Positions 18,484 through 29,100 of a stretch of DNA of 64,000 bases are shown piece by piece. The notes beneath the pieces are model-generated. The model saw only the letters and a list, made by a program, of their open reading frames with translations, did no database searches and was not told where the DNA came from. Source of the DNA: Giardia intestinalis (lineage: Eukaryota); assembly GCA_000002435.2 (NCBI GenBank), contig CM018793.1; one strand, given 5' to 3'. Each line of letters opens with the position of its first letter. The stretch's first letter is position 1. The translations under genes were made by a program, and so were the position numbers.

Positions 18484-20349
18484 TCACATTCTGTCGATCT
18501 CACGGATTCCAAGCAAGTGGAATGCCAGGCGGAGGCTCTGACGGGCCATTTCACACAGGACAAGACGAGATTTGTTGCAGACGCTGTCCCCAGACGCAGA
18601 AGTCTCAATGACTCGGCACTTTTCATAGAAGTCTGTGTACGCGGAGGCTACAGAGTACACCCAGTCACAAATACGGTGCGGACACAGATCTTCTAGAGTA
18701 AATAGAATGGTATCACGGACCTTCAACAGCGCAACTAAGAGATTAATTTCAGAGGGTTCTGTGATAGACAAGTTCCTGAGAGTGTCACTGGTGTAGAGCT
18801 CTTCCCGATCGATTCCGGCTTTGCGACAGATAGACGAGATTCGCGTAAAGCTATACAACAGGTATGCCGCAGTATTTCCTTTCAGATTGAGCATTCGCTT
18901 AGGGTCATACTTATAGTCCTTAATCCTGTGAGAGGACAAGTCAGCATATTTGACAGCTCCGTAGCCGACAGCCTCTGCAACCTGGCGCATTTCCTCTTGG
19001 CTGAACTCTTGGTCACGGTTGCGCTCCTCAAGGAGCCGCATGGACTCCGTGACCGCCTCATCGAGCAAATCCTCCAGCTTAACGGTCTCTCCTGCTCTTG
19101 TTTTGAGGCGCTTGCCATCGCTTCCGAGCACAACCCCGAATGGGACGTGCACGGCCTGGTCCTTTGTGATCCAGCCAGCCTTCTCAGCAGCTTTGAAAAC
19201 AAGATCAAAGTGACTCGACTGGCCGGCGTCAACAACGTACACGCACTTGTCCGCGTGAAGGACCTGGGTGCGGTGATAAATAGCTGCCATGTCTGTTGTG
19301 TCGTAAGTAAAGCCGCCGTCGGACTTGACGATGATGAGAGGATAGTCCATCCCCTCAATTGGTATGACAGTTGCCTTGTCGGACATCTGAGTCAAGTGGA
19401 GCCTTTTCAACCGCGCGACAGTGGTGCCCAGCTTGAACTTGTAGGAACTCTCTCCAAACTCATCAATCTTGATGTCTAGGCGATCATAAATGCGCTGAAA
19501 CTCGTGCCTAGAGATGTCACAAATCTTGCACCAGAGGTAAAACTCTGCCAAGTTGAGGCGTTGTAGCTTGACAACAGCCTCATAGGCCCGCTTCTGGAAG
19601 GCTGGATCGTTGTCAAATCTCTCCTTTGCTGCTTTGTAGAAGGCCACAAGGTTGTCGATTGGAAGCATTGTTATGCGCCTGCAGTGAGCCGCAGCATCAG
19701 CTATCTCTGGATGCATATCCGTTAGGTGAGTGATGAGCATGCCGAACTGCGTGCCCCAGTCGCCCACGTGGTTGATGCGGTGGACGTCATACCCCACATA
19801 CTCATAGAGACGGCAAATAGAGTCCCCGATAATCGTTGATCGCAGGTGACCCACGTGCATAGACTTTGCCACGTTAGGTGACGAAAAGTCGACGACAACG
19901 CGTTTTCTGGGTAGAGTGGGAGGCTTTGGCAGAGTCCCAAACGGCACGGCCATGTAGATGTCAAAGCACTTCGAAAGCAAATATGCAGGGGTGAGTGCAA
20001 TGTTTATGAAGCAGCCTGCTATATTAACTGCCTCTATGGGCTTGGGGCACCCCTTTTCCTCTGCATATTTGTCTTGGACACAAAGCATTGCTTGAGTGAA
20101 GAGACCAGACAGTTCGGCAGGATTTGACGGGAGTGCATCGTAGTGAAGATCCTTGATAAGCTTAGCAATGCCCATCGTGCTGTTGAACTGATAGTGCCCG
20201 TACTTAATGTTTGTGGTCGGCGTGACAAGAGGGGACGTGAAAACGCCGAGCATGCTCTCCTTCCAGCCTTCCTGAGCCGAGAGAGGGGCAATGTGATCTC
20301 CAAGAACGGTGTGCATGGCCTGGGCGCATATGTCCTTGAGGTCCTCCAT
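18484..20349 (-). CDS. arginyl-tRNA synthetase (class I)
   Basis: ATG at 20349. FSSPNVAKSMHVGHLRSTIIGD is the ArgRS HIGH-region variant. DWGTQFGM is also present, and the C-terminal anticodon-binding (DALR-type) region is present (NTAAYLLYSFTRI). Confidence 0.9.
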   Translation of the reverse strand: MEDLKDICAQAMHTVLGDHIAPLSAQEGWKESMLGVFTSPLVTPTTNIKYGHYQFNSTMGIAKLIKDLHYDALPSNPAELSGLFTQAMLCVQDKYAEEKGCPKPIEAVNIAGCFINIALTPAYLLSKCFDIYMAVPFGTLPKPPTLPRKRVVVDFSSPNVAKSMHVGHLRSTIIGDSICRLYEYVGYDVHRINHVGDWGTQFGMLITHLTDMHPEIADAAAHCRRITMLPIDNLVAFYKAAKERFDNDPAFQKRAYEAVVKLQRLNLAEFYLWCKICDISRHEFQRIYDRLDIKIDEFGESSYKFKLGTTVARLKRLHLTQMSDKATVIPIEGMDYPLIIVKSDGGFTYDTTDMAAIYHRTQVLHADKCVYVVDAGQSSHFDLVFKAAEKAGWITKDQAVHVPFGVVLGSDGKRLKTRAGETVKLEDLLDEAVTESMRLLEERNRDQEFSQEEMRQVAEAVGYGAVKYADLSSHRIKDYKYDPKRMLNLKGNTAAYLLYSFTRISSICRKAGIDREELYTSDTLRNLSITEPSEINLLVALLKVRDTILFTLEDLCPHRICDWVYSVASAYTDFYEKCRVIETSASGDSVCNKSRLVLCEMARQSLRLAFHLLGIREIDRM

Positions 20350-20407
20350 TTATTTCTAAATTCAATTGAAAAACGCTAGCAAAAGATAGTCTAGCAAGAG
20401 ATAGTCT

Positions 20408-20414
20408 ATTCACT
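20408..20414 (-). promoter_or_regulatory. putative polyadenylation signal AGTGAAT after the acyl-CoA synthetase gene
   Basis: Minus-strand AGTGAAT lies 3 nt after the TAA stop (20420..20418). Confidence 0.5.
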
Positions 20415-20417
20415 TTG

Positions 20418-22832
20418 TTACTGACGACTCATTTCCGAGAGCCCAGACGCCCCTGTGATCTGCGTTGAGACCTCGCTCAGTGTAGCCCCGTCAATTACCT
20501 TGATGACGGTGAGCGCGATTTGTTGCATAGACGGTTTGTGAGAAGATATTTTATTTATATGATGATAGAGAGAACTTAGACAAGGTTTGTAACGATTGGT
20601 AAGCATTGTTCGCCGTATCTTCAGAGCAGGTGTTAAAGATTCATCTTTTTGTGTCCAAGGTTGATGCTCTAAGATCACAGCCCTTGGGATTTCATAGGGT
20701 CTAAAGTTGCGGGCTACACATGCTTGATCGACCTCGCGCAGTATAGTGATTATTGCCGCTTCTTTGATAACTAATTCGCTGTTAGATAGATGGGCAAGGT
20801 CCTTGACTGTGCCTGGCGTCGCAGAGAGAACAGCTCGAAGTTCGGTAAAGTTTGGCACTATGATAGCAAGCAGATATGACTGAAGTCTGTCACCATAGAC
20901 AAAACACTGATCTATAAGTTTAGATTGGAGCAGAGTATTTTCAATGGTCGTTGTACAAATGAACTCTCCCTGAGATAATTTGAAAATACAGCCCTTGCGG
21001 TCAATCAGACGCAGTTCCCCAAGGGACCTATCGTATTCCCCTATGTCTCCCGTCATGAACCAGCCGTCCTCGGTGAGCGTCTCTTTGGTCTTGGCGTCGT
21101 CGTTGTAGTAGCCACTGAAGACCGAGGGCCCCTTGATCCAGACCTCTCCGCGCGGGTTTGGCTTGTCCGTCACAAGATAGTCCATGTCAGGGACAGAGGT
21201 AAGGCGTATCTTGGTGGAACTATCCAGGGTCACACCGACATAGCCCCAATGGTTCGTGTTTATGGACTGAACCGTCCCATGTGCTGCCGTCTCAGTCATC
21301 CCCCAGCCTTCTATCACTTGTGTATCGCATGCGATATGTAGAAACTCGCCAACTTTCTGTGAAAGAGGAGCAGATCCTGTCACGCAAAGAGAGCAGCGGC
21401 CTCCCAAGAGAGCCTTTGTTGCTGAGAAGAATATATTTGTCCATCTGGGCCAGCTGGTGTTACGCCTCATGGCTTTACGCCGGGTTGAGAACACCAAGAA
21501 AAAAAGAAATCTCCGAAATACTGAGAGCTTTTCAATGCTGGCCATAATTCCTTCGAAGAGCCTGTTGAGGATACGCGGCACGGCGATAAAGATAGTGGGA
21601 CGCAGAGCTTGGATATCATTTGTCAATCCTTTGATAGAGCCGCACCAGAAGCCCGTGGCACCGCTACAGTACCACATGACCCCCTGAATGACTCGCTGAT
21701 AAATGTGCGCATTAGGAAGGTAAGAGAGATTAAATTCTTGCACATTTGGGCGCTTTTCAACCCGATGCTCAGCCATTGATGCACTAGTCCAGAGGACGTT
21801 TCCCTGGGTCAGCTTAACTCCTTTTGGGTTTCCAGTAGTTCCAGATGTGTAGACCAATGTCATCAGATCGTCTGGCCCTGTGAGGTCTAGGGCATACACA
21901 GGTGTGATCAGTGTATCTGGACTGAGGTACGCCTTTCTGAAGTCGACGCCACGGTAAGCAGAGGCTTTACGGCCACAGGCCATCACTCCGTGCAGCGTAT
22001 AGCTCACCAAGTGCAACACATTAATTGGTGAACCAGTCTTGTCAAGATCGTGAGAAACTTCTAGGGAAGGAAGGTAGGTGTACTGACAAGTGAATGGATC
22101 ATCAACCTGCTCAGATGGAATGCTATTGCAAACAAGGCGACGTGGATAGCGAATTTTGGTTCCTGCCTTATGGGCCTTCTCTGCAGGAGTAAGGGCTCGC
22201 TCAAAGGCAATCCCATCTACTCTATCGTCAGCATCGCACTCTTCAAAAGATTTATAAGCAACTGGAACAGATGACGGAAGAGGATGCTTAATCTTCGTAG
22301 CGTGGGCCCAGGCCTTGTGGAGAAACCATCTGTCGTCATACCTATCATCGAAAAGTATAACAGTCTTGACCATGGGGCAGCTGAGCGCAGCAGTGCTCCA
22401 CGTGTGAAGTGTATCGAGAGTAAGAAAGACGGTTGTGACATGGGAGTCGTTGGCTATGAAAATAGTATCAGTCAAGGAGAGGGTGTCATAGATGGGGACT
22501 GTCACGACTCCCAGTGCACTACATGCTAGATCTACCAACGCCCACTCAACCCTATTAGCTGACATGATCCCCGCATGGTCTCCTTGCTTGATCCCAATTG
22601 CTTGCAATCCATAGAAGAGCTCACTGGACATACGAAGAACATCAAGATACGAGTACCACTCATAATCACCCCGTGCCTCGGGGTTTTCATCGTTCCGGGC
22701 AAGGAACTCGCGTGTACCGAGACAGCGTCTTCTTGGTGTCTTCAGGGCTCGTTGACAGAAAAGCCGTGAAATAGTGGCAATTGAGTCGTCAACAATGAAC
22801 TCAGGAGCCTCGAAGGGTATAAGAAACGTCAT
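20418..22832 (-). CDS. long-chain acyl-CoA synthetase (AMP-forming)
   Basis: First ATG at 22832 (MTFLIPFEAPEF); the track start at 22889 is GTG. AMP-binding motif I is YTSGTTGNPKGV, followed by GWGMTE and GWFMTGDIG motifs. Confidence 0.9.
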   Translation of the reverse strand: MTFLIPFEAPEFIVDDSIATISRLFCQRALKTPRRRCLGTREFLARNDENPEARGDYEWYSYLDVLRMSSELFYGLQAIGIKQGDHAGIMSANRVEWALVDLACSALGVVTVPIYDTLSLTDTIFIANDSHVTTVFLTLDTLHTWSTAALSCPMVKTVILFDDRYDDRWFLHKAWAHATKIKHPLPSSVPVAYKSFEECDADDRVDGIAFERALTPAEKAHKAGTKIRYPRRLVCNSIPSEQVDDPFTCQYTYLPSLEVSHDLDKTGSPINVLHLVSYTLHGVMACGRKASAYRGVDFRKAYLSPDTLITPVYALDLTGPDDLMTLVYTSGTTGNPKGVKLTQGNVLWTSASMAEHRVEKRPNVQEFNLSYLPNAHIYQRVIQGVMWYCSGATGFWCGSIKGLTNDIQALRPTIFIAVPRILNRLFEGIMASIEKLSVFRRFLFFLVFSTRRKAMRRNTSWPRWTNIFFSATKALLGGRCSLCVTGSAPLSQKVGEFLHIACDTQVIEGWGMTETAAHGTVQSINTNHWGYVGVTLDSSTKIRLTSVPDMDYLVTDKPNPRGEVWIKGPSVFSGYYNDDAKTKETLTEDGWFMTGDIGEYDRSLGELRLIDRKGCIFKLSQGEFICTTTIENTLLQSKLIDQCFVYGDRLQSYLLAIIVPNFTELRAVLSATPGTVKDLAHLSNSELVIKEAAIITILREVDQACVARNFRPYEIPRAVILEHQPWTQKDESLTPALKIRRTMLTNRYKPCLSSLYHHINKISSHKPSMQQIALTVIKVIDGATLSEVSTQITGASGLSEMSRQ

Positions 22833-22876
22833 AGTACGACAGAAAGTTCTTTCTAGGAATTTAAAAAGACGGTCGA

Positions 22877-23737
22877 ATGGCTCATACACTCGAGTCCGAC
22901 TATACTAAAGGGGCACTGATTGGAGAAGGCCGTTTCGCAAAGGTATTCCTTTGCATTCCTCCGGATTCTGGGGATCTCTACGCGGTTAAGGAGGTGGTCT
23001 ATGGAGGACCAGACCAAGAGTGTAGCTCTGAAGCCCTGTTAGCGATGCTTCGAAAGGAGGCCAACCTGTTCTCAAGGCTTGCTCATAGATGTCTTCCAAA
23101 GACGGTGTCTGTATACAACAACCCCCTAACAAGTACCTGGCATACCGTGATAGAACTCTTTGACAACGGGGACCTGGCCACAATGATCTCAGAGTATAGC
23201 CAGGCAAACGTTCGAATTCCCGAAGAACGGGTGTTAGAGATCTTCGGTCAACTTACGGACGTGTTAGCCTATCTGCATGAGACATACAAGACCGACTCAG
23301 CAGAAGTCCACCAAATTGTGCACAGAAACCTGCGGCCAGAGAACATCTTACTGAAGCTCAACGGGCTTATCGGTCTTGCAACCCTTCGTCTGGCTGAAGA
23401 GCAAGAGCTTCCCCGCAGGCATATGGATCGCCTTGCTCCGAGCCCATACCTGGCCCCCGAGGCTCTTGCAGGCGAGCCCTACGGTGCAATGGCTGATGCC
23501 TGGTCCCTGGGTTGCATCATCTCAGAAATGTGTACTCTGGAGCGTCTATTCGACGCCTCTGGCCCGGCGCCTGGCAAGCTCCCAGTGAACTTGACGGGCT
23601 TAGGTTACTCCAAGACCCTGGAGGTACTTGTGAATGCGCTCCTTCAAGAGAATGTCAATGTCCGCTGCTCTGTGGTAGATATGCGGCATAACCCTGTTCT
23701 AATTCAGGCCCGTTCGGCGGTCTTTATCAGAGATTAG
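22877..23737 (+). CDS. NEK-like protein kinase, predicted catalytically inactive (HRN)
   Basis: Gly-loop IGEGRFAKVF and VAIK-type YAVKEV are present. The catalytic loop is VHRNLRPENILL, with Asn replacing the HRD aspartate. DFG is degenerate (LIGLA). APE is conserved (YLAPEAL). Confidence 0.8.
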   Translation: MAHTLESDYTKGALIGEGRFAKVFLCIPPDSGDLYAVKEVVYGGPDQECSSEALLAMLRKEANLFSRLAHRCLPKTVSVYNNPLTSTWHTVIELFDNGDLATMISEYSQANVRIPEERVLEIFGQLTDVLAYLHETYKTDSAEVHQIVHRNLRPENILLKLNGLIGLATLRLAEEQELPRRHMDRLAPSPYLAPEALAGEPYGAMADAWSLGCIISEMCTLERLFDASGPAPGKLPVNLTGLGYSKTLEVLVNALLQENVNVRCSVVDMRHNPVLIQARSAVFIRD

Positions 23738-23784
23738 TTTGAGGTAGTCCTCGCATTTAAAAAAGGATTTTGCTTTCAGGGAAG

Positions 23785-25239
23785 ATGCAACTTCAAGATG
23801 TTGAAATACGTAAATACTACAGGAACGGGCGCCAAATTGGCGGTGGAGGGCTAGGCCGGGTTTATATGGTCACCAGGATCTCAGATGGTTGCACCCTTGT
23901 TGCCAAGGAGATCACCTATGCGACTCTGAGCGACGACGCCGTCAACGGCCTCATAAAGGCAGCGATAGAAGCTTCCGCTTTCGACCACCCCAATATTGTC
24001 CGCATACACGCTATTCTTCGCGATCAGAAGCGACAACTGATATCTATAGTACAAAGCTACCTGCCCGGCAGCAACCTTAGTAATGTTGCCAAGAAATACC
24101 ACATACTCAAGAAGCACTGCCCCGAGCAACTGGTTTGGTCGATCATCCGTCAGGTTGCAGAGGCTTTTAATTACATACACAGCCGTCATTACGACTTCAA
24201 CCGTATCTACCACCGAAATGTCAAGGGCACCAATATTATACTTACTCCCGGTGGACGCGCGGTTCTCACGGATTGCTGCCTGGTTGGACACAACCTGGAA
24301 GGTGTTTATGACCCTTACCGCGTGATTTCAGATGCGGGGTACATAGCCCCAGAAATAGCGGAGTATTGTCCCTTCAAGCCTCCGGCAGATGTGTGGAGTC
24401 TTGGTACGTGTCTTTATGAGCTTTGTCAGGGCCGCAAGCTCTTCCACACCCACACGGAAGCAACTCTCTTGACTGAGCAGAAGGGATTGAAGCGACCGAT
24501 CCCTATCGCCTGTTCCGAAGAACTCGCCAGGTTTATTAATAAGATGTTGGAGCCGTCCCCCGATGATAGGCCTACAGTTGGGGCAATCCTCTCAAATCTT
24601 CGTGTTGCAAATGCTTACCTGCCTGAAAACCTTGACCCTTCCCGTCTTGCGAGGGGCGATCCTGTTCACTGTGACGCGTCTCCTGAAAGCTGTGAAGAGC
24701 ACTATCTCGTCCCTGTCGACATACTCTTGGATTGGGACTCGAAGTCTTCTACATCTGCACCTACAGCGGTGCCTCAGGAGCCTTCTGGGGCACATGAAGA
24801 GGCTCTGGCGACCGCTCCCCCTGCTGACCCTCACGCTGGGACATCCTCACTTGCACAGGAGTTGCCTTCTCAGACTAGCAATTTGCCCCCGAATCGTCTA
24901 AGCGATCCAGAATCGGTGTCTGTTCCCGCTCTAAATTACCAGGCCCCCTTGATTCCAGAGCAAGTTACCACAAAACCGAAACAGGGATCTATTTCGGCTC
25001 GCACTGAAACCCCTTTACAATCAAGGCTTCCTGTGGGTGTCATCCCCCCGAAGGCTTATTCAATGAAATTGTCTCCAGTGACGGCTCCTCGGGATTCTAT
25101 GAACAACACTAGCGTATTTACTAACCCTAGTATAAGTGCTCATCATGAAGTCGACGCAATTGTGGAGGATGATGACCTGGCCGTTGCTGCTGCTCCCTTA
25201 ATGACTAAATTAGAAAGCGTTGCCCGTGAAGTTATGTAA
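23785..25239 (+). CDS. NEK-like protein kinase, predicted catalytically inactive (HRN), with S/P-rich C-terminal tail
   Basis: First ATG at 23785; the track start at 23770 is TTG. Gly-loop IGGGGLGRVY, LVAKEI, catalytic loop YHRNVKGTNIIL (HRN), DFG replaced by DCC, APE conserved (YIAPEIA). Confidence 0.8.
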   Translation: MQLQDVEIRKYYRNGRQIGGGGLGRVYMVTRISDGCTLVAKEITYATLSDDAVNGLIKAAIEASAFDHPNIVRIHAILRDQKRQLISIVQSYLPGSNLSNVAKKYHILKKHCPEQLVWSIIRQVAEAFNYIHSRHYDFNRIYHRNVKGTNIILTPGGRAVLTDCCLVGHNLEGVYDPYRVISDAGYIAPEIAEYCPFKPPADVWSLGTCLYELCQGRKLFHTHTEATLLTEQKGLKRPIPIACSEELARFINKMLEPSPDDRPTVGAILSNLRVANAYLPENLDPSRLARGDPVHCDASPESCEEHYLVPVDILLDWDSKSSTSAPTAVPQEPSGAHEEALATAPPADPHAGTSSLAQELPSQTSNLPPNRLSDPESVSVPALNYQAPLIPEQVTTKPKQGSISARTETPLQSRLPVGVIPPKAYSMKLSPVTAPRDSMNNTSVFTNPSISAHHEVDAIVEDDDLAVAAAPLMTKLESVAREVM

Positions 25240-25327
25240 ATAGCTCCTTCTGTACTACGGTGACAATCTAAAGCTTATGTGCCCCTTGAAGCTACGCCGA
25301 CACCCGTTGCGCTGACTGTAAAAACTT

Positions 25328-26095
25328 ATGATACCAGGCTATGTTGGTGATGACACAGAATCTGGCCCTTTAGTTCCGCCAATGCCTAGCAACGGTAACT
25401 CTAGCAAAAAGAAGGGCGTCTGGCAGCTGTTTGAAGGTAAAAGCAAAAAGGCCGTAGGAGGCCCACAGGTGTCTCCGCCCCTCCAACAACCTAGCTTCAC
25501 TATGCAGCAACCCCCACAAGTACGTCAGACAGCGGAGCAAAACGAAATGGATCTATACTACGGGTCTCTGGTGCAAGAATTGGGGATAGATCTGCGTCTA
25601 GTGGGGAAAAAGCTTCTCTCCATCCTGCCTTTTGTCCCCGTCTCAGACGAAGTTGCGCAGAGCGGAGACATGATTATCGGTATTTGCGTGCTAATAGTGT
25701 TCACCTTTGTCAACCTCCTCACCAAGTCGACCGGTACGCACCTAGGCTTCCTGTTTGGAGTGTACATCTACGGATCACTTCTTCTAACGTTTCTTCTGTC
25801 CATGCTCCAGCAAACAGCAGTCCACCTGGACCTCTATACGGTCATGTCTGCGCTCTCATATGGGCTACTTCCCCTGCTGATCCCTATGATAATCTGTTCA
25901 TTTTTAAGGCAAGAGGCTTTAGAACATGCCCAGAAGGTGGTCGTTATCGGATATTTGGGGGCTGCAGTAGCGTCTAGTCTCATATCAACAAAACTACTAA
26001 ATGCTGCAGTAAGGTTGGAGAATGTAAAGACTCTGATTGCAATTCCAGCATTTCTTATAACAATGTGTTATGTTCTTGTGCAAATATCGAAGTAA
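25328..26095 (+). CDS. five-TM membrane protein, Yip1-domain-like topology
   Basis: An N-terminal soluble region of about 115 aa is followed by five closely spaced hydrophobic helices in the C-terminal 140 aa (MIIGICVLIVFTFVNLL; HLGFLFGVYIYGSLLLTFLL; LYTVMSALSYGLLPLLIPMIICSF; VVVIGYLGAAVASSLI; LIAIPAFLITMCYVLVQI). The family assignment rests on topology only. Confidence 0.5.
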   Translation: MIPGYVGDDTESGPLVPPMPSNGNSSKKKGVWQLFEGKSKKAVGGPQVSPPLQQPSFTMQQPPQVRQTAEQNEMDLYYGSLVQELGIDLRLVGKKLLSILPFVPVSDEVAQSGDMIIGICVLIVFTFVNLLTKSTGTHLGFLFGVYIYGSLLLTFLLSMLQQTAVHLDLYTVMSALSYGLLPLLIPMIICSFLRQEALEHAQKVVVIGYLGAAVASSLISTKLLNAAVRLENVKTLIAIPAFLITMCYVLVQISK

Positions 26096-26101
26096 ATATC
26101 A

Positions 26102-29100
26102 TTAATCCCTGTCTAGATGCAGCCCGTTGATTCTATCAAGCTCTTGTTGGACGGCTTCGATGTACCGTGCAGTTGCGGCCTTGAGCCATGCAAGAGACTC
26201 GGCTCCTTCTTTCAGCTGAGTCTGAAGCTGTGCAAAGTTACGCTCCAACTTTTTATGTGCCTTTTCGACCTTAATCCGTAGTGCGTTTTCTGTCCTCGCG
26301 CGCGCCCGCATCTCCTTTCTTTCTGCGTTAGCCTTTTCATACTTCAGGCGCCAATTGCAGGCGCTTTCCGTCAGCTCTATAAGCTTTTCTTCCACTGCTT
26401 CAATTCCTTTGCTCTCCTTCGTTGGAGCAGTAGCGTTTTCCTCTCCATCACTGCGATCACTCTGAATACAGGTCTTGATCTCGATGAGTGTCGAACGAAC
26501 GTTTCGAATTTGCTCTGTAATGCCCTGTCTGGTGTGTTCTGCCATCTGGATCTGCTCTTGAAACGAATTGTGCTCAGCAATCTTCAGAGAAAGCTGATGA
26601 TTGATGCTCTGCAGGCGGGTTATCTCCTCCGTCTGCTCTGCGAGCTTCTTCACATAGCTAGCGTTGTACTCTTTAAAGCGTGTGTTCTCTACCTCGAGGA
26701 TCTCAATTTGCTCTTCCAAGTACTTTTGCTTTGCATCGTTGCAGTTGCTCGTGGCGTCAACTATACTCTTCAGTGTCTGCTGGATGCTTTCATGAGCGGA
26801 CCGTATGTCGTGTGACGTGCTTTGCTGCAAGATGTGCTCCACTGTATTTGGTACCGTGCCCTCTGTATGATGACTAGACTGCTCATGTGCTTGTTTAACA
26901 TCTATATTAGACAGCTGCAAGGCTAGGGCATCTGCCTTGACACCTGATAACGACGCGCTTTTATCATGGTCCAAAATAGCGAGGGCGTTGGCAGCAATAG
27001 GAGCAGATGCTGCGCGCACGTGTTCCCGCACGTGTTCTTCCCAAGCTTGAAGCTGAACATTTGTTTCTAATACCCCCTTCTTCAGATCTGCTATATTTTC
27101 TATCAAAACACCAGGGTCGATGGTTGTCTTTGCCGTGGCTAAATCTCGAATGTACTCTTTGAGAGCTGTCTCGTTTGTAGACTGCGGCAGTCCAAGATGT
27201 AGAGCTAAGTCAACAATAAGGCTTTGCCGGTCTTGCTCCATCGTATCTAGTCTGCTATTGAGGCGGACGATGTTCTCAAGAAGCGCCTGCAGGAGATCCG
27301 CATACAGGAGGAGCTCTGGAGATGCCGCATTTTCTGTGTGAGCATCCTGCTTTTGAGACTGCTCGGGTGTACGAGTAGCAAGTGCTTTCCGTACTCTGTT
27401 AAATGCAAGTTCAGTGGTGCGTGCTACAGAAGAAATGTTTTCGTTATTTGTCCGAACATGATCAGAAATAAGCCGAAGCTCATTCTGCAGCGTCGCAATG
27501 ACGTCTAGAGAGAGACCCGTTTTACAGGGGTAGTTGGTGGGATTTAGCTGAGCACTCTCTACACTAAAGGCCTGCTCGGAAATCCGAACCTGTTGATCAT
27601 CCTTACTACATTGCGCTTGAAGATTGACGAGCTTAGCGTATTCGTTGAGCCGCTTCTCCATTCGTGCTGTGTGCTGATCAATGAGGCGTGCAAGTGTGGT
27701 AGTTGAGTTCTTCACGTCGTCGACAATGGTAACTGGCTCTTGCTCTAGTCCCAATATGCGATTTGTCTTAGCTATAGACTCCAAGAATCTATCTATTGTC
27801 AGGGAAGCAGAAGACGCTGCTGGGTCTTCGCCACCGGACTCTTTTTCTGAGAAGGTGGATACGAAGGGTTGAGTGTCCACTTGGACCCCCTGTGTGACCG
27901 TTACCAGTTGGTTAGGTTGTGTCCATCTTTCCTCTGTAGGCACAACAGGTCTGTGGAGCATTGCAGTGGAAGCCACAGGGAGAGGCTTTTCCATGGAGGA
28001 CATTTCTTCTTTCAAGTGACGTATCTGATTTTCGTACTTAGAAATTAGCTCGGTAGTATGCTTATAAGCTTGCTCTACTTCTGCTAACTGAAGAGTCAGA
28101 TGCTGATTTGATGCAGCGTAGTCCCGGTTTTCCTTCTGTAGAAGAGCACACATGTCAGTTGTTGAGGCCATGCTGGACAGCTGTTCCTGAAGCTCAGAGA
28201 TTTGCACTGCAGCCTGGTCATTCTGAGTAATTAATCTATCAATTATCTCTCTATTAGTACTGCAATCTGGACATCGGCTCACCGTGCTCTTCTCTAACAA
28301 ATCTACACCAGCTAACGTTGTAGGAACAGATGTAACGTTATTAGACACAAGAAGAGAAACATCATTAGTAGCTACCTTTTCTGTTTCCATAGAAACCGAA
28401 CGCCGTTTGGGCACAGGAAGCTCCGTCGCTTGCTTCATCTCATTTTGCTGATTATTATTGTCTGTCTGATTGATTTTAGACCTATCTAATTGAGCTGTCA
28501 GCTGCCGTATTTGTTCTGTCAATTCTCTGTTGGTTGCGTTGACAGTATCTAGCTCAGCCGTCTGTGTGTGAAGCTTTGCAATACAGACATTGAGCCTGTC
28601 AATCTCTGCTTGAAGCTCTACTACTTTGCCAGACAAGGCCTTAATTTCCTCTGTCTTTTGATTCAAAGTGTGGTCTTTCGCTGCTGATTCTGCATAAAGA
28701 GAGTCTATCCTGGCCTGCAAAGATCTGATTTCATTGGCAAATACTGTGGCTGCCTCCTGGTGCTTGTCAGCTTCTCCTCGCAGTGCTACGAGCTCTACAC
28801 CCAATTCAGTCACCATTTTATTAACATCGTCCTCTGCAAAAACCTTGCCAGGTGAGTTGTTATGAACGGCCTCGCCCAGATCTCGTGTCTCTTCTACCAA
28901 AAGAGTGGTCAAAGGAGTGGTATTGGTCATGGTACGAGCTACCTCTTTGGAAGCCGATGTGGTTGAATAGGCAGAATTAACGAGTAGCTCCTTCAGTTGC
29001 TTTCTAATCCCGTCGTTGGTGGTTCTAAACAGCAGAACCTCGGCTTGAGCTTTGTCGAGAAGCGTCTTGAGGCGATCTATCTCTGCAATTAGCTCTTTAT

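Noticed and set aside
18882-19479. Antisense/shadow ORFs inside long genes (e.g. 18882..19358, 18928..19479 within ArgRS; 41074..41580 within the ankyrin gene; 48401..48973; 62233..62865 and 62682..63188 within the VSP)
   Set aside because: They lie entirely within, and opposite or out of frame to, much longer ORFs with clear domain content. Their composition is low-complexity, typical of shadow ORFs.
3930-20349. tRNA-Arg gene and arginyl-tRNA synthetase gene in the same 64-kb window as a possible functional unit
   Set aside because: This is a eukaryotic genome with monocistronic genes. The two are 14 kb apart with a dozen unrelated genes between, so the co-occurrence is almost certainly coincidental.
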